Virus record (IMG/VR): IMGVR_UViG_3300046804_004848
Location: 64,001 to 128,000 of that record
From: a virus
Reading direction: 5' to 3' (one strand)
Length of the DNA: 64,000 nucleotides
Below the pieces are notes generated by a model. The model saw only the letters and a program-made list of their open reading frames with translations, was not told where the DNA came from and did no database searches. The position numbers were made by a program, and so were the translations under genes. Positions within the stretch are counted from its first letter, which is position 1. Each line of letters begins with the position of its first letter. This document shows, piece by piece, positions 21,150 through 30,367 of the stretch.

Positions 21150-21508
21150 AATTATACAACCTCCTTTTTCAACTTACGGATAATTTCTTCCTCTTGATTT
21201 AAAGTGGCAAGAACCATATTTTCAATCAAAACATTTTGCTGACGCTTGAGAAGCAATGGCATTATACCAACGATCACACTTTCCAAGTAACCTGCTTCAT
21301 AACTATGACTACCGTAGTTTTTATGACTAGCTTCACCAAAAGCTTTAAGAACAAGCTTCATAGTTTCTTGGTTTTTTAAGGTACATGTTCCCATTTTCTG
21401 CTCCTTGTTTGCTAATTTATGTAAGTATAATAACACCAAAGAAAAACATTGTCAACAGAAATAAAATTTAAAGAATGCTTTTATTTGCTTGGGTAGATAA
21501 ATATATTA

Positions 21509-21976
21509 ATGATATATTATACATACGCATATTTAAGAATAGATGGCTCTCCATATTACATCGGAAAAGGTAAAGGAAAGCGAGCATATCAAAAGCACAA
21601 AACATTTAATCCTCCTAAAGATAAATCAAAAATAGTTTTTTTAGAAACTAATTTGACTGAACTTGGTGCCCTAGCTTTGGAGCGCAGGTATATTCGTTGG
21701 TATGGTCGTAAAGATATTGGAACAGGAATTCTCCATAATAAAACCGATGGTGGCGATGGGGCATCTTTTTTCGGGAAAGAAAATAATCAATTCGGTAAAA
21801 AAGGAGAATTAAGTCATTGGTTTGGGAAGAAACGTCCATGGACAGATGAACAAAGAAAGAAGCAATCAGAAGTTCAAAAGCATACTAAAAAATATATTAG
21901 GACTCCTGAACATAATGCTATGATGTCACAGCGAGTTAAAGAGGCATTGTCACGTAAAAAACTTATTCCTCACTAG
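21509..21976 (+). mobile_element. GIY-YIG-type homing endonuclease
   Basis: [18 protein letters not shown]...I, N.TDGG.G; opposite strand to neighbours; TAAATA at 21498-21503. Confidence 0.8.
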
Positions 21977-22017
21977 TTATCTAACAGAAACAAGTATAGC
22001 AAAATTAGGATAAGTTG

Positions 22018-22197
22018 TCAAGCAGTTTTTGGTTCTTTAACTTCAAAGACAAATGAGTTGTTTATTTGCTCACTGTTGTCATCAGGGCATTTAAATTTAA
22101 CTGAAGTACCACTATATTTAATTTCTTTGGTTTCAAGAATTTTGATGAAGTTTATATCATGGCGACCATCACAAGCATAGCATTTAACAAATTTCAT
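22018..22197 (-). CDS. small Cys-containing hypothetical protein
   Basis: MKFVKCYACDG after the promoter at 22229-22257. Confidence 0.55.
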   Translation of the reverse strand: MKFVKCYACDGRHDINFIKILETKEIKYSGTSVKFKCPDDNSEQINNSFVFEVKEPKTA

Positions 22198-22266
22198 CTC
22201 AAGTTCCTTATCAATCACTACAGAACATAGTATAACAGGGTTCAAAAGACCTGTCAACCTGTAGGG

Positions 22267-22488
22267 TCATTCAACTCCAAAATGTTTTTTAAGTTTACTT
22301 TCTGTAATTGAACCCACTTGACTAATTTCAATGCATTCCTTAACAATCAACTCGGCAAACTTTTGATTATAAATTTCCCTACCCTCAGTAAAAGAATAAA
22401 GACGATTATGGACTCGTTCCAGATGTGCTAATTCATCCTCAGCAAATCGTTCAGCCTGTTCAGCCAGTTCCTTAATTCGTTCGTTCAT
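22267..22488 (-). CDS. MNERI-family small protein, copy 1
   Basis: MNERIKELAEQA...KFAELIVKEC...LKKHFGVE. Confidence 0.75.
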   Translation of the reverse strand: MNERIKELAEQAERFAEDELAHLERVHNRLYSFTEGREIYNQKFAELIVKECIEISQVGSITESKLKKHFGVE

Positions 22489-22578
22489 TCTTCTAATCCT
22501 AATTCTTTTGCCAGCCCCAAACAAAACCAGTGACAAAACCTATCACATAACAGGCCAGCAGTGCCAAACCAATCTCGT

Positions 22579-22926
22579 TCATTCTTCAACTCCGAAATGT
22601 TCTTTTAGACCTTGAATATTATCATAACACTTTTCAGCACAAATTTCAAAATTTGATTGAAAAACAGGATCTTCTTCTGATTCAGAAAGACCAAACAATC
22701 TTTCTGCTTCATTGTCGAGATATTGGCAACATTCTTTCACAATCAACAGGGCGAACTTTTCTCTACCTTTTTCACACGCAAACAAAAGACTGATGATTTC
22801 TGCTGGAGTGGCTACTCGCCATTCGCCATCTTCTCGTCGAAGAATTTCACGATCATTGTAATCCCACATGCCATCTATTACAGGTAGTTCAGCCTGTTCA
22901 GCAAGTTCTCTAATTCGTTCGTTCAT
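22579..22926 (-). CDS. MNERI-family small protein, copy 2
   Basis: MNERIRELAEQA...KFALLIVKEC...LKEHFGVEE. Confidence 0.75.
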   Translation of the reverse strand: MNERIRELAEQAELPVIDGMWDYNDREILRREDGEWRVATPAEIISLLFACEKGREKFALLIVKECCQYLDNEAERLFGLSESEEDPVFQSNFEICAEKCYDNIQGLKEHFGVEE

Positions 22927-23164
22927 TTTTTTGTTCCAATTTATGCTTCTCAGCAGCTTGTGTAGCTAAAATATAACGTGCGCTATCACTAATTTCTACC
23001 TTAACCGCAGGTTCAACTTTACGTGGTTCAGGCTCACTTTTTCTACCTGATACTCGTTGTTGTAAATCATGTTGAACACGTTGAGTCATGGTCATACGCC
23101 ATAACTCCATCATCACGTTACGTGCTCCACTTGAATCTGCTGAACCTACTGATTGAACTTTCAT
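22910..23164 (-). CDS. hypothetical protein
   Basis: 84-aa ORF. Confidence 0.55.
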   Translation of the reverse strand: MKVQSVGSADSSGARNVMMELWRMTMTQRVQHDLQQRVSGRKSEPEPRKVEPAVKVEISDSARYILATQAAEKHKLEQKNERTN

Positions 23165-23171
23165 ATGTACC

Positions 23172-23468
23172 TTACTTAACTAAGGTTGACAATTTCACAG
23201 CAGCACTAACTTTGCTGATTTTGGTATATGCTTCAGCAAGCGATTCTACTTTGGCATCACCAAGTACATCACGCACCATAGCTTCATACTTAACACTAGC
23301 ACGTTCGTGTTGGGGAACTACAGTGGCAACCGTAGCAGTACCGAAAAACGTCATGCTATCAAAATTAGCAGCAGTAATCAACGCAGTTTCAACCTTCTTT
23401 TCTGCTACCTTCAATAGAGCAATTTCAGCACGAATCTTGGCAAGTTTGTTTACTAGGGCTTTACTCAT
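23172..23468 (-). CDS. hypothetical protein
   Basis: GGAG RBS; early promoter at 23505-23533. Confidence 0.7.
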   Translation of the reverse strand: MSKALVNKLAKIRAEIALLKVAEKKVETALITAANFDSMTFFGTATVATVVPQHERASVKYEAMVRDVLGDAKVESLAEAYTKISKVSAAVKLSTLVK

Positions 23469-23529
23469 TTCAATCTCCGTTAAGAATTAATCACCACAAA
23501 AACTATTGTACATCAATTAAGATATATTG

Positions 23530-23889
23530 TCAATCACTAGAATCAACTTCCATGTGCTTGTTGCATTTTATACACACATATAAATTGTAGCAACGACCTA
23601 GGTTTTGCTTGCGCTCCCACTCATGACCATTGCAAGTTTCAGTAGGCAATGTATAACCATACCCGTTACAATGTGAGCAGTTTGAACGGAAGTGTGAATA
23701 ACGATGACGATTTTCTGCAGTATTGGGCTTATCGTGTAGTGGATAAGCGTTTAGTTTAAGATTCCACCCCCCATGGCATTCGCATACAGGACATGGTTTG
23801 GTATAACCTGTATTAACCATTGGTTCAAGCTTTTCAAAATCTACGAATGCATCAGGGTGAGTGTGATCCATATATTGAACGAGTGGCAT
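23530..23889 (-). CDS. Cys-rich zinc-binding hypothetical protein
   Basis: CPVCECHG, CSHCNGYG, CIKC. Confidence 0.7.
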   Translation of the reverse strand: MPLVQYMDHTHPDAFVDFEKLEPMVNTGYTKPCPVCECHGGWNLKLNAYPLHDKPNTAENRHRYSHFRSNCSHCNGYGYTLPTETCNGHEWERKQNLGRCYNLYVCIKCNKHMEVDSSD

Positions 23890-23918
23890 GTCTATCTCCT
23901 ATATCTGACTATAGAGAA

Positions 23919-23947
23919 ATTATAGTAAAAATTGGATATACTGTCAA
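23919..23947 (-). promoter_or_regulatory. consensus sigma70 early promoter
   Basis: TTGACA-17-TATAAT. Confidence 0.85.
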
Positions 23948-23962
23948 GTTGTATTTTTACAA

Positions 23963-24199
23963 CTACTTCATGTATTCTTCAGGATCTTCTTGTTTAAATT
24001 TTGTCAAGTAATTAAAGTTTTTACGTTGCTGTACATCATCAGGTAACTGCAACAATTCTTTTACTTTTAGCCAATCTTCTTCAGTTAATAGTGGACTAAT
24101 TTCTAGAGCAGTTAGCCATATCAAACGTTCAAGACGTACTTGTTCGTAAGTACTACTAAATCCTGCACGTTTAACTAATTCAACTAATTTATCAGACAT
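23963..24199 (-). CDS. hypothetical protein
   Basis: 78-aa ORF. Confidence 0.55.
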   Translation of the reverse strand: MSDKLVELVKRAGFSSTYEQVRLERLIWLTALEISPLLTEEDWLKVKELLQLPDDVQQRKNFNYLTKFKQEDPEEYMK

Positions 24200-24428
24200 T
24201 TACAAAATCGTATGTTTTCTCAAAAATTTCACGGTCACAAATATACAGTTCACCGTTTATACCACGCATTAAATAATCACCTGCTTTACCTTGTGCATAG
24301 TCACCTTCTAAACTATTTACTCTAAATTCTTCATTAACTTGTACCGCATGTACAACAATAGGTCGCTTCATACAAGGTTTCATAGTGTCAACAGTTTCGT
24401 ACGTATCAAACAATTTCATTACCAACAT
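24192..24428 (-). CDS. PGDYG-like small protein
   Basis: SLEG...GDYLMRGINGELYIC...FEKTY. Confidence 0.7.
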   Translation of the reverse strand: MLVMKLFDTYETVDTMKPCMKRPIVVHAVQVNEEFRVNSLEGDYAQGKAGDYLMRGINGELYICDREIFEKTYDFVNV

Positions 24429-24827
24429 CCTTTACATTCATAAAAACCACGTGTAAGTGGCGAATAGGTTAATTCTTCTATCCAAAATCCTATGATAGCT
24501 CCAAGTAGTAAACACAATAGCGCACCTAGTATAACCCAAATAAAATTACTCATAGATATATTTAGAAATATTCAAGTAAGAATGCAGAAAAGTTACAAGC
24601 AGATACAATAATTCCAAACCATCCTAGCTTGTTATCCATATCATTAAAGTCTTTTGCTGCGATCATTAAAGTCAATACGCTGATAAACAAATAAATCATG
24701 TTTGTTCTCCTTGCATAATACTATAGTGTAACTCAACCCTATTGAGTTGTCAAGTTTTTATTCTTCGGCATATGGGTACATAAATATTGCCATATACATC
24801 TCACTTATATCTACACTAAGGGCACAT

Positions 24828-26501
24828 ATGGAAGAAAAGTTTAAGCAGTTAGAAGTACTAGTTAGTCATTTTGTAAGACCTCTACCCAAAGAAGCAGTAT
24901 ACGAAAATAGATTAGAAGAAGAACTTAGTTTAATCCTTGATCTTAATTTTGCAAAACATTTTTTACGTGTGGTAGAAATACTACGTATTACACATGATAT
25001 ACCACATATGACACGTGGTAGCGCAGGTAGTAGTTTAGTATGTTGGTTACTTGGTATTAGTGATGTTGACCCTATCAAAGAAAACATTCCACTATCACGT
25101 TTTATCAATCCTAAGCGTGATGACTTACCTGATATTGATTTAGATTTTCCACATTGGCAACAAGTTACGGTAATGAATCGTATATTTAACAAGTGGAAAG
25201 GACAATCAGCTAGAGTAAGTAATTACGTTACCTACAAAGAAAAAAGTGCGCTACGTGAAGCAGCTAAGCGATTTGGTGCAAAAGGTAGACTACCACGTGA
25301 TTTAAATTTAGAAAAACTTATACCTGATTATGCTGAAGATGCTAAAAAATTAGCAAATAAGTTACTTGGTAAGAAACGATGTATTAGTAAACATTGTGGT
25401 GGTATATTGATCTTTGATCGTGCTGTACCAAAAAGTTTAATCAATGCTGAAAATCAAATATTACTAGACAAGTATGAGATAGAAGATTTAGAACATTTTA
25501 AAATTGATATACTCGCTAATCGTGGGTTATCCCAATTATATGAAATTGACCCTACTAAAAACTTACTAGACTATCCTGAGTATGATGAAAAAACATCTGA
25601 GCTATTGAGCAGTGGTAATGTGCTAGGTGTAACTCAAGCAGAAAGTCCTGCTATGCGTAGACTGTTACGTGCGGTAAAACCAAAAAAACGTGAAGATTGT
25701 GTATTGGCTACAGCATTAATTAGACCTGTTGCCACACAAGGTAGACGTAAAGCAAGTTTTTTTCAAGATTGGAGCAAAGATAATTTTAATAACACTATTG
25801 TTTTTGAAGATGATGCTATCGTACTAATCAGTCAATTGTTAGGATGTGATCAATATACTGCTGATATGTGGCGTAGAGCATTTGCTAAAAAAGATGAAGA
25901 AAAGATCTTTGAGTTTATGAACATGATTGGCGATCATGAACATAAAGATGAAATATTTCAAGCATTGCGTGAGTTAAGTAATTTTGGGTTATGTCGTGCT
26001 CATGCCATTAATTTAGGTAGATTGATATGGGCAATTGCTTATCAAAAAGCACATAATCCACAAAAGTTTTGGCAAGCTACGTTAAAACATTGTCAGGGAA
26101 GTTATAGCCGTTGGGTATATCATCATGAGGCTAAATTAGCGGATGCTGTAATTAGTGTGTATGAAGGTAATGAATTATCAGAATTATCAAAAGAAGGTAG
26201 ATGGCATAGTAAAAAATTTATACCGTATTGTAATGAAATCCGCAAACCAGGCGAGGTTGAATTCTGTGGCTTGGTTGCCAACTATCGTGTATTCAAGAGT
26301 AAACCTAAAGAATACATTACCTTCGTTACATTGGGAACAGGCAATGGAAAATACTTAGATGTTATTGTTGACCGAGCCATTAGTCTGCACGACCAACCCA
26401 TACTATGGGGAATAGGACAATTAGGTTATAAAAACAATACAGAGTATGTTACTGTTAAAAAACACAAACGTTTAAAGATAAAGGATTTGATGAATGGTTA
26501 A
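24828..26501 (+). CDS. truncated DNA polymerase III alpha (DnaE-like, family C)
   Basis: RGSAGSSLV, PDIDLDF, KH.GGI, KIDIL, C-terminal OB-like region; no PHP domain; TAAATA at 24781. Confidence 0.88.
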   Translation: MEEKFKQLEVLVSHFVRPLPKEAVYENRLEEELSLILDLNFAKHFLRVVEILRITHDIPHMTRGSAGSSLVCWLLGISDVDPIKENIPLSRFINPKRDDLPDIDLDFPHWQQVTVMNRIFNKWKGQSARVSNYVTYKEKSALREAAKRFGAKGRLPRDLNLEKLIPDYAEDAKKLANKLLGKKRCISKHCGGILIFDRAVPKSLINAENQILLDKYEIEDLEHFKIDILANRGLSQLYEIDPTKNLLDYPEYDEKTSELLSSGNVLGVTQAESPAMRRLLRAVKPKKREDCVLATALIRPVATQGRRKASFFQDWSKDNFNNTIVFEDDAIVLISQLLGCDQYTADMWRRAFAKKDEEKIFEFMNMIGDHEHKDEIFQALRELSNFGLCRAHAINLGRLIWAIAYQKAHNPQKFWQATLKHCQGSYSRWVYHHEAKLADAVISVYEGNELSELSKEGRWHSKKFIPYCNEIRKPGEVEFCGLVANYRVFKSKPKEYITFVTLGTGNGKYLDVIVDRAISLHDQPILWGIGQLGYKNNTEYVTVKKHKRLKIKDLMNG

Positions 26502-26814
26502 TACAAAAGGCAGACTACATATGCACAATCATAATGAACCAAACGGACGTGCATTTATTGTAGGTGAAAAAGCAGCATTACGTACACTAGGTGAAGCACT
26601 TATCAAAGCATCACATAGTATGATTGGTTTGGAAAATGTAGAACTTTATACAAGTGATGGGCACAAATATAAAATACTAATAACCTGTGATGTTACTGAA
26701 AACGAATGGCAAACACTACCTGTACCTTATGATAAAACTCATAATCCACAAACATTAGATATTGTAAAAACTTATGATGAAATAATGGAAACAAGGTCAA
26801 ATACCATATCTTGA
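26494..26814 (+). CDS. hypothetical protein coupled to the dnaE-like gene
   Basis: overlapping stop/start. Confidence 0.6.
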   Translation: MVNTKGRLHMHNHNEPNGRAFIVGEKAALRTLGEALIKASHSMIGLENVELYTSDGHKYKILITCDVTENEWQTLPVPYDKTHNPQTLDIVKTYDEIMETRSNTIS

Positions 26815-27009
26815 CTTTAATTCTTTCTTTACCGCATCAATCGCCTTATCCCATCCTTCATCATCACCCATCCATTTAACCTTGCCTAATTCATCGGTTA
26901 AATCCTTTACGATAGATTTAGTAAGGGCAATAGCATAAGCATCACCCATATAGGCTAAATCAACGTCACGACTAGCTTTGGTCGCAATAGTGCGTAAGTG
27001 ATTGTTCAT
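26797..27009 (-). CDS. hypothetical protein
   Basis: 70-aa ORF. Confidence 0.6.
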   Translation of the reverse strand: MNNHLRTIATKASRDVDLAYMGDAYAIALTKSIVKDLTDELGKVKWMGDDEGWDKAIDAVKKELKSRYGI

Positions 27010-27148
27010 TCTTTAAACCACGGTTTAAGACATTCTTGCAAAAATTGTTTGGGATGAAATAATATCCATAATGGTAGATAAAGCAGTCCAAATAACAGTG
27101 CAAGAAACAAACCTAATGGTGTAAACTTGTTGTCTTTAATTAATAGTC

Positions 27149-27865
27149 TCATGTTTGAAAACTTTCTTGAATTAGAACATTCATTGTATTTTTACCCTTA
27201 CCACCTAAAATCGTTAACCATGTACCTGATCCTGTACCCATCTCAAAGTGATCTTTAACTTTAGTCTCAAGTTTAACAAAACCACCTTTCTCAGTTAGAA
27301 ACTTTGTACCCTTGTACATGTATAGGTTGTCATTAGCATCTTTAATAATAAACTTGTCAACAGTACCATAAACAGTTGGCAACACTTCATGCTTGACTAC
27401 GGTACCCTCTACAATAATTGTATCTCCAACTTCACCCATTTTTACAGATTTTTTAACTTCTTTGGGTTCTTCTTCAGGTAATCCCACAACATCTGCAGGA
27501 CGCTCCCACAATAGTTTAGTTTTCTTGGGGTCAGGTTCCCATCCATCACGCAAGTTACCTTTACCACCTAATTTATAAAAAGCACGTACACCAACACGAT
27601 CAAGGATTGCGACATGGACAACAGGTACTTGACTACGTACACCATATCCTGCCCATACAGCAACAGAATCAATTGACAAGATACGCTCACCTGCTTTAAC
27701 TTCTATCCCATAAGGAGTAGTACGATCTTCTTTTTCAATCAGATCTTTAGGTTTGTCCATCCAAAACCAACGTTGTTTTAGTGACGTGTATACACCTTGT
27801 GAATACTTAATACGGGAACGCACAAAAATCATGTTTTCTTCAGCTTCACGATTCGCATACATCAT
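27149..27865 (-). CDS. early hypothetical protein with OB-like C-terminus
   Basis: consensus promoter at 27901-27929; GAGG RBS. Confidence 0.7.
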   Translation of the reverse strand: MMYANREAEENMIFVRSRIKYSQGVYTSLKQRWFWMDKPKDLIEKEDRTTPYGIEVKAGERILSIDSVAVWAGYGVRSQVPVVHVAILDRVGVRAFYKLGGKGNLRDGWEPDPKKTKLLWERPADVVGLPEEEPKEVKKSVKMGEVGDTIIVEGTVVKHEVLPTVYGTVDKFIIKDANDNLYMYKGTKFLTEKGGFVKLETKVKDHFEMGTGSGTWLTILGGKGKNTMNVLIQESFQT

Positions 27866-27900
27866 TTTTTGTTTCCTCTTGAAGTATTTACTATACTGTG

Positions 27901-27929
27901 ATTATAGATAAAAACTCTACCACTGTCAA
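27901..27929 (-). promoter_or_regulatory. consensus sigma70 early promoter
   Basis: TTGACA-17-TATAAT. Confidence 0.85.
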
Positions 27930-28219
27930 GCAGTGGCAAAGTCGCTACGTGAAAACTGTTTTAAGAATGGTAATTCCCACTCTTTACAGAATGTCATATC
28001 GTCATCATCAAGAATGTTAAAGTTTACAACACACTCCTCGGCAAACTCATTACTAAAGTTAAATTTATTGCTGAGGATATTAGGGTTATCTTTGAAAAAG
28101 AAAACATCCTTAACAGAAAGGTTGTTTATGAGGTAGGTTTCACCACCCTTAGACTTCCAACGTGGAGCATCAGCAGTACCGTAGTTTTCGGAGTATTGAG
28201 TGTAAACTGCAATTTTCAT
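27926..28219 (-). CDS. early hypothetical protein
   Basis: TQY.ENYG...WKSKGG motif; promoter at 28255-28283. Confidence 0.7.
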   Translation of the reverse strand: MKIAVYTQYSENYGTADAPRWKSKGGETYLINNLSVKDVFFFKDNPNILSNKFNFSNEFAEECVVNFNILDDDDMTFCKEWELPFLKQFSRSDFATA

Positions 28220-28296
28220 CGTATTCCCCTTTGGTGTTGACTGACTATATGGGAAGTATAAGTGAATTAGGATAACTTGTCAAGCGTTTTTTTAAA

Positions 28297-28758
28297 TTAA
28301 ATTGTAATATCTTCCATTCCTGCAACACGCAATCGCACGATATGACCTAGCATAAAGTTTTTAGACTCAAGTGCTTTCATAATACCTAACCATTGATTAC
28401 GCATGAGCGCAACTTCATTGACTAGCGTTTCCATGTCAATAACATCTTGTTCAGCATCAGCATAGCGTTCAGCATCACGTGATGTTAATTGACGTGGATA
28501 ATTTTCAAGATACTTTTTAAAAGCAAGACTACGTGTTTTACGAAGTTGTCCATTCATATAATCTAAAACAGCTTCAATCTCTTGTAGTTGATTGAAACGA
28601 TGCTCGGTGATACCTGGGAGCATGGCTAACAATCGTTCAACACGTTCGCCTTTAATAATTTTTACTTCATATTTTGCTTGATTTAACTCATCTTGATAAT
28701 GGTCAATGAATTCAGGTAATGATGATAAGTTTTGAGTTACTGTATTGAACCAACCCAT
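28297..28758 (-). CDS. uvsY: UvsY-like recombination mediator
   Basis: helical, LTSRDAERY, ends IVRLRVAG; adjacent to uvsX. Confidence 0.75.
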   Translation of the reverse strand: MGWFNTVTQNLSSLPEFIDHYQDELNQAKYEVKIIKGERVERLLAMLPGITEHRFNQLQEIEAVLDYMNGQLRKTRSLAFKKYLENYPRQLTSRDAERYADAEQDVIDMETLVNEVALMRNQWLGIMKALESKNFMLGHIVRLRVAGMEDITI

Positions 28759-28761
28759 GAC

Positions 28762-29019
28762 TTACTCATTATCGTTCCAATCATCATAATCTTCGTCATC
28801 TGCGAAGTCCTCATCATCGTCATAATCTGCTTCATCATCTTGATATGCTTTTAAGGCATTAAGCATGTCTTTTTCACCTGCAAACGCTTCACGTACATCG
28901 TCAAAATGAACATCATGGTCAATCAATACATTAAGTACATCTTCAGAAGCATCACGCATATCGGTTGTGCTGATGTATCGTTTAAGTACTTCATAAACTG
29001 CTGCAACTGTGTCAAGCAT
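28762..29019 (-). CDS. acidic hypothetical protein
   Basis: 85 aa between uvsX and uvsY. Confidence 0.65.
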   Translation of the reverse strand: MLDTVAAVYEVLKRYISTTDMRDASEDVLNVLIDHDVHFDDVREAFAGEKDMLNALKAYQDDEADYDDDEDFADDEDYDDWNDNE

Positions 29020-30076
29020 TTTGTTCTGCCTCCGCTAGTTCAGTATTTACTAGTTTTTCACGTTGAGAAAATTCCTTCATTACCAAATCCATAATACCGT
29101 TTTCATTTTTTGTCCACTCTTTACGGAAGTAACGATGTACTTCACCATTTAAATCAGTATACATATAGCGGTTTCCTTCTCTAGTAACAAATCCTTTTTT
29201 ATCAATTAAGTCAAAAAAACCACTATAAGGATTCATACCTGTTTCGTATGGAATTTGTACTTCAACATCTTCAAATGGTTTGGCAAAACGTGTTTTCATT
29301 ACTTTACAACCTGCACGTATACCTAGCACATCGGATGTTTTGTTACCTTCTTCATCTTCTTTTAGTTTAAGTTTTTTCATTGCTACTAAAATACTACTAG
29401 CAAATACAAAACCTTGTCCACCACTTACGTTAGGATCAGGATTGTATGGGTCTTGTGAAGCATAGGTATGATTAGTTGCAACCAATCCTACATTGAATGA
29501 ACCAAACATGTTTACACAGTTAGTAACCAATGCTTTTAATGCTTTAGCTTTGCGTCCCATATCACCTTTAAGGTCACCACTATCAAATTGGTTTACTTCA
29601 GTAGGACTCATAAGCATACCTAAACTATCAATAACAAATAATACTTTAGGTCTTTCAGCAACAGGTGTTTCCTTATAGTCTTTCATAAAAGTTGAAATCG
29701 TTTTAGCAACATCATCAATCATTGCCATATTCATTTTCAACAATTTATCGTCGCTTGTATCTACACCTAGTGCATGTAACCAACTTTCATCAAGTGCATT
29801 TTCGCTGTCAATTAAAACAACAAAAATACCTTGTTCTTGTGCATTTTTTACGATATTACCACTGCAAATATATGATTTGCCACTACCACTTTCACCTGCA
29901 AATACAGTAACTTTTCCAAGTGGTACACCTTTATTAAAATCACCACTGATAAGATAGTTAAGGGCATAGTTGCCTGTTGAAATCCAATCAGTGGGATCAT
30001 GAAATCCTATACTAATTCCTTCAATACTTTTTGTTACGTCTTTACGAAATTTACTTATATCAAACGGTTTTCCCAT
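29012..30076 (-). CDS. uvsX: UvsX/RecA-like recombinase
   Basis: ISTGNYALN, GESGSGKS, IDSENAL, VIDSLG, SGG. Confidence 0.93.
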   Translation of the reverse strand: MGKPFDISKFRKDVTKSIEGISIGFHDPTDWISTGNYALNYLISGDFNKGVPLGKVTVFAGESGSGKSYICSGNIVKNAQEQGIFVVLIDSENALDESWLHALGVDTSDDKLLKMNMAMIDDVAKTISTFMKDYKETPVAERPKVLFVIDSLGMLMSPTEVNQFDSGDLKGDMGRKAKALKALVTNCVNMFGSFNVGLVATNHTYASQDPYNPDPNVSGGQGFVFASSILVAMKKLKLKEDEEGNKTSDVLGIRAGCKVMKTRFAKPFEDVEVQIPYETGMNPYSGFFDLIDKKGFVTREGNRYMYTDLNGEVHRYFRKEWTKNENGIMDLVMKEFSQREKLVNTELAEAEQNA

Positions 30077-30081
30077 AGTCT

Positions 30082-30315
30082 TTACTTTGCAATAGAGTTA
30101 TTTGTATATACTTTAAATAATTGTTTATCAAGTATACTTGGAGCACTGTCAGCAAGACAATCAATTTCATAATCATTGGGGAAATGTTTTAGTGTTGATC
30201 TAGCACGATCACGTACTGAGCTTGGTACACGTGGGGTACGGCCTGGGTCGCATAGCTCTTCCAACAATTTTTTACCTTGCTTGAGTGCCCTGTATCTTTC
30301 ATCAGGTAGTGTCAT
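30082..30315 (-). CDS. BPSL0761-like small protein
   Basis: MTLPDERYRA...PRVP..VR..A...LKHFP. Confidence 0.6.
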   Translation of the reverse strand: MTLPDERYRALKQGKKLLEELCDPGRTPRVPSSVRDRARSTLKHFPNDYEIDCLADSAPSILDKQLFKVYTNNSIAK

Positions 30316-30331
30316 TTTGTTCTCCTAAAAT

Positions 30332-30354
30332 GGAGTGGTGGAAACCCACCACTC
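30332..30354. terminator. hairpin/terminator after the SSB gene
   Basis: gagtggtgg-aaa-cccaccactc. Confidence 0.55.
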
Positions 30355-30367
30355 AGCACACTGCTAT

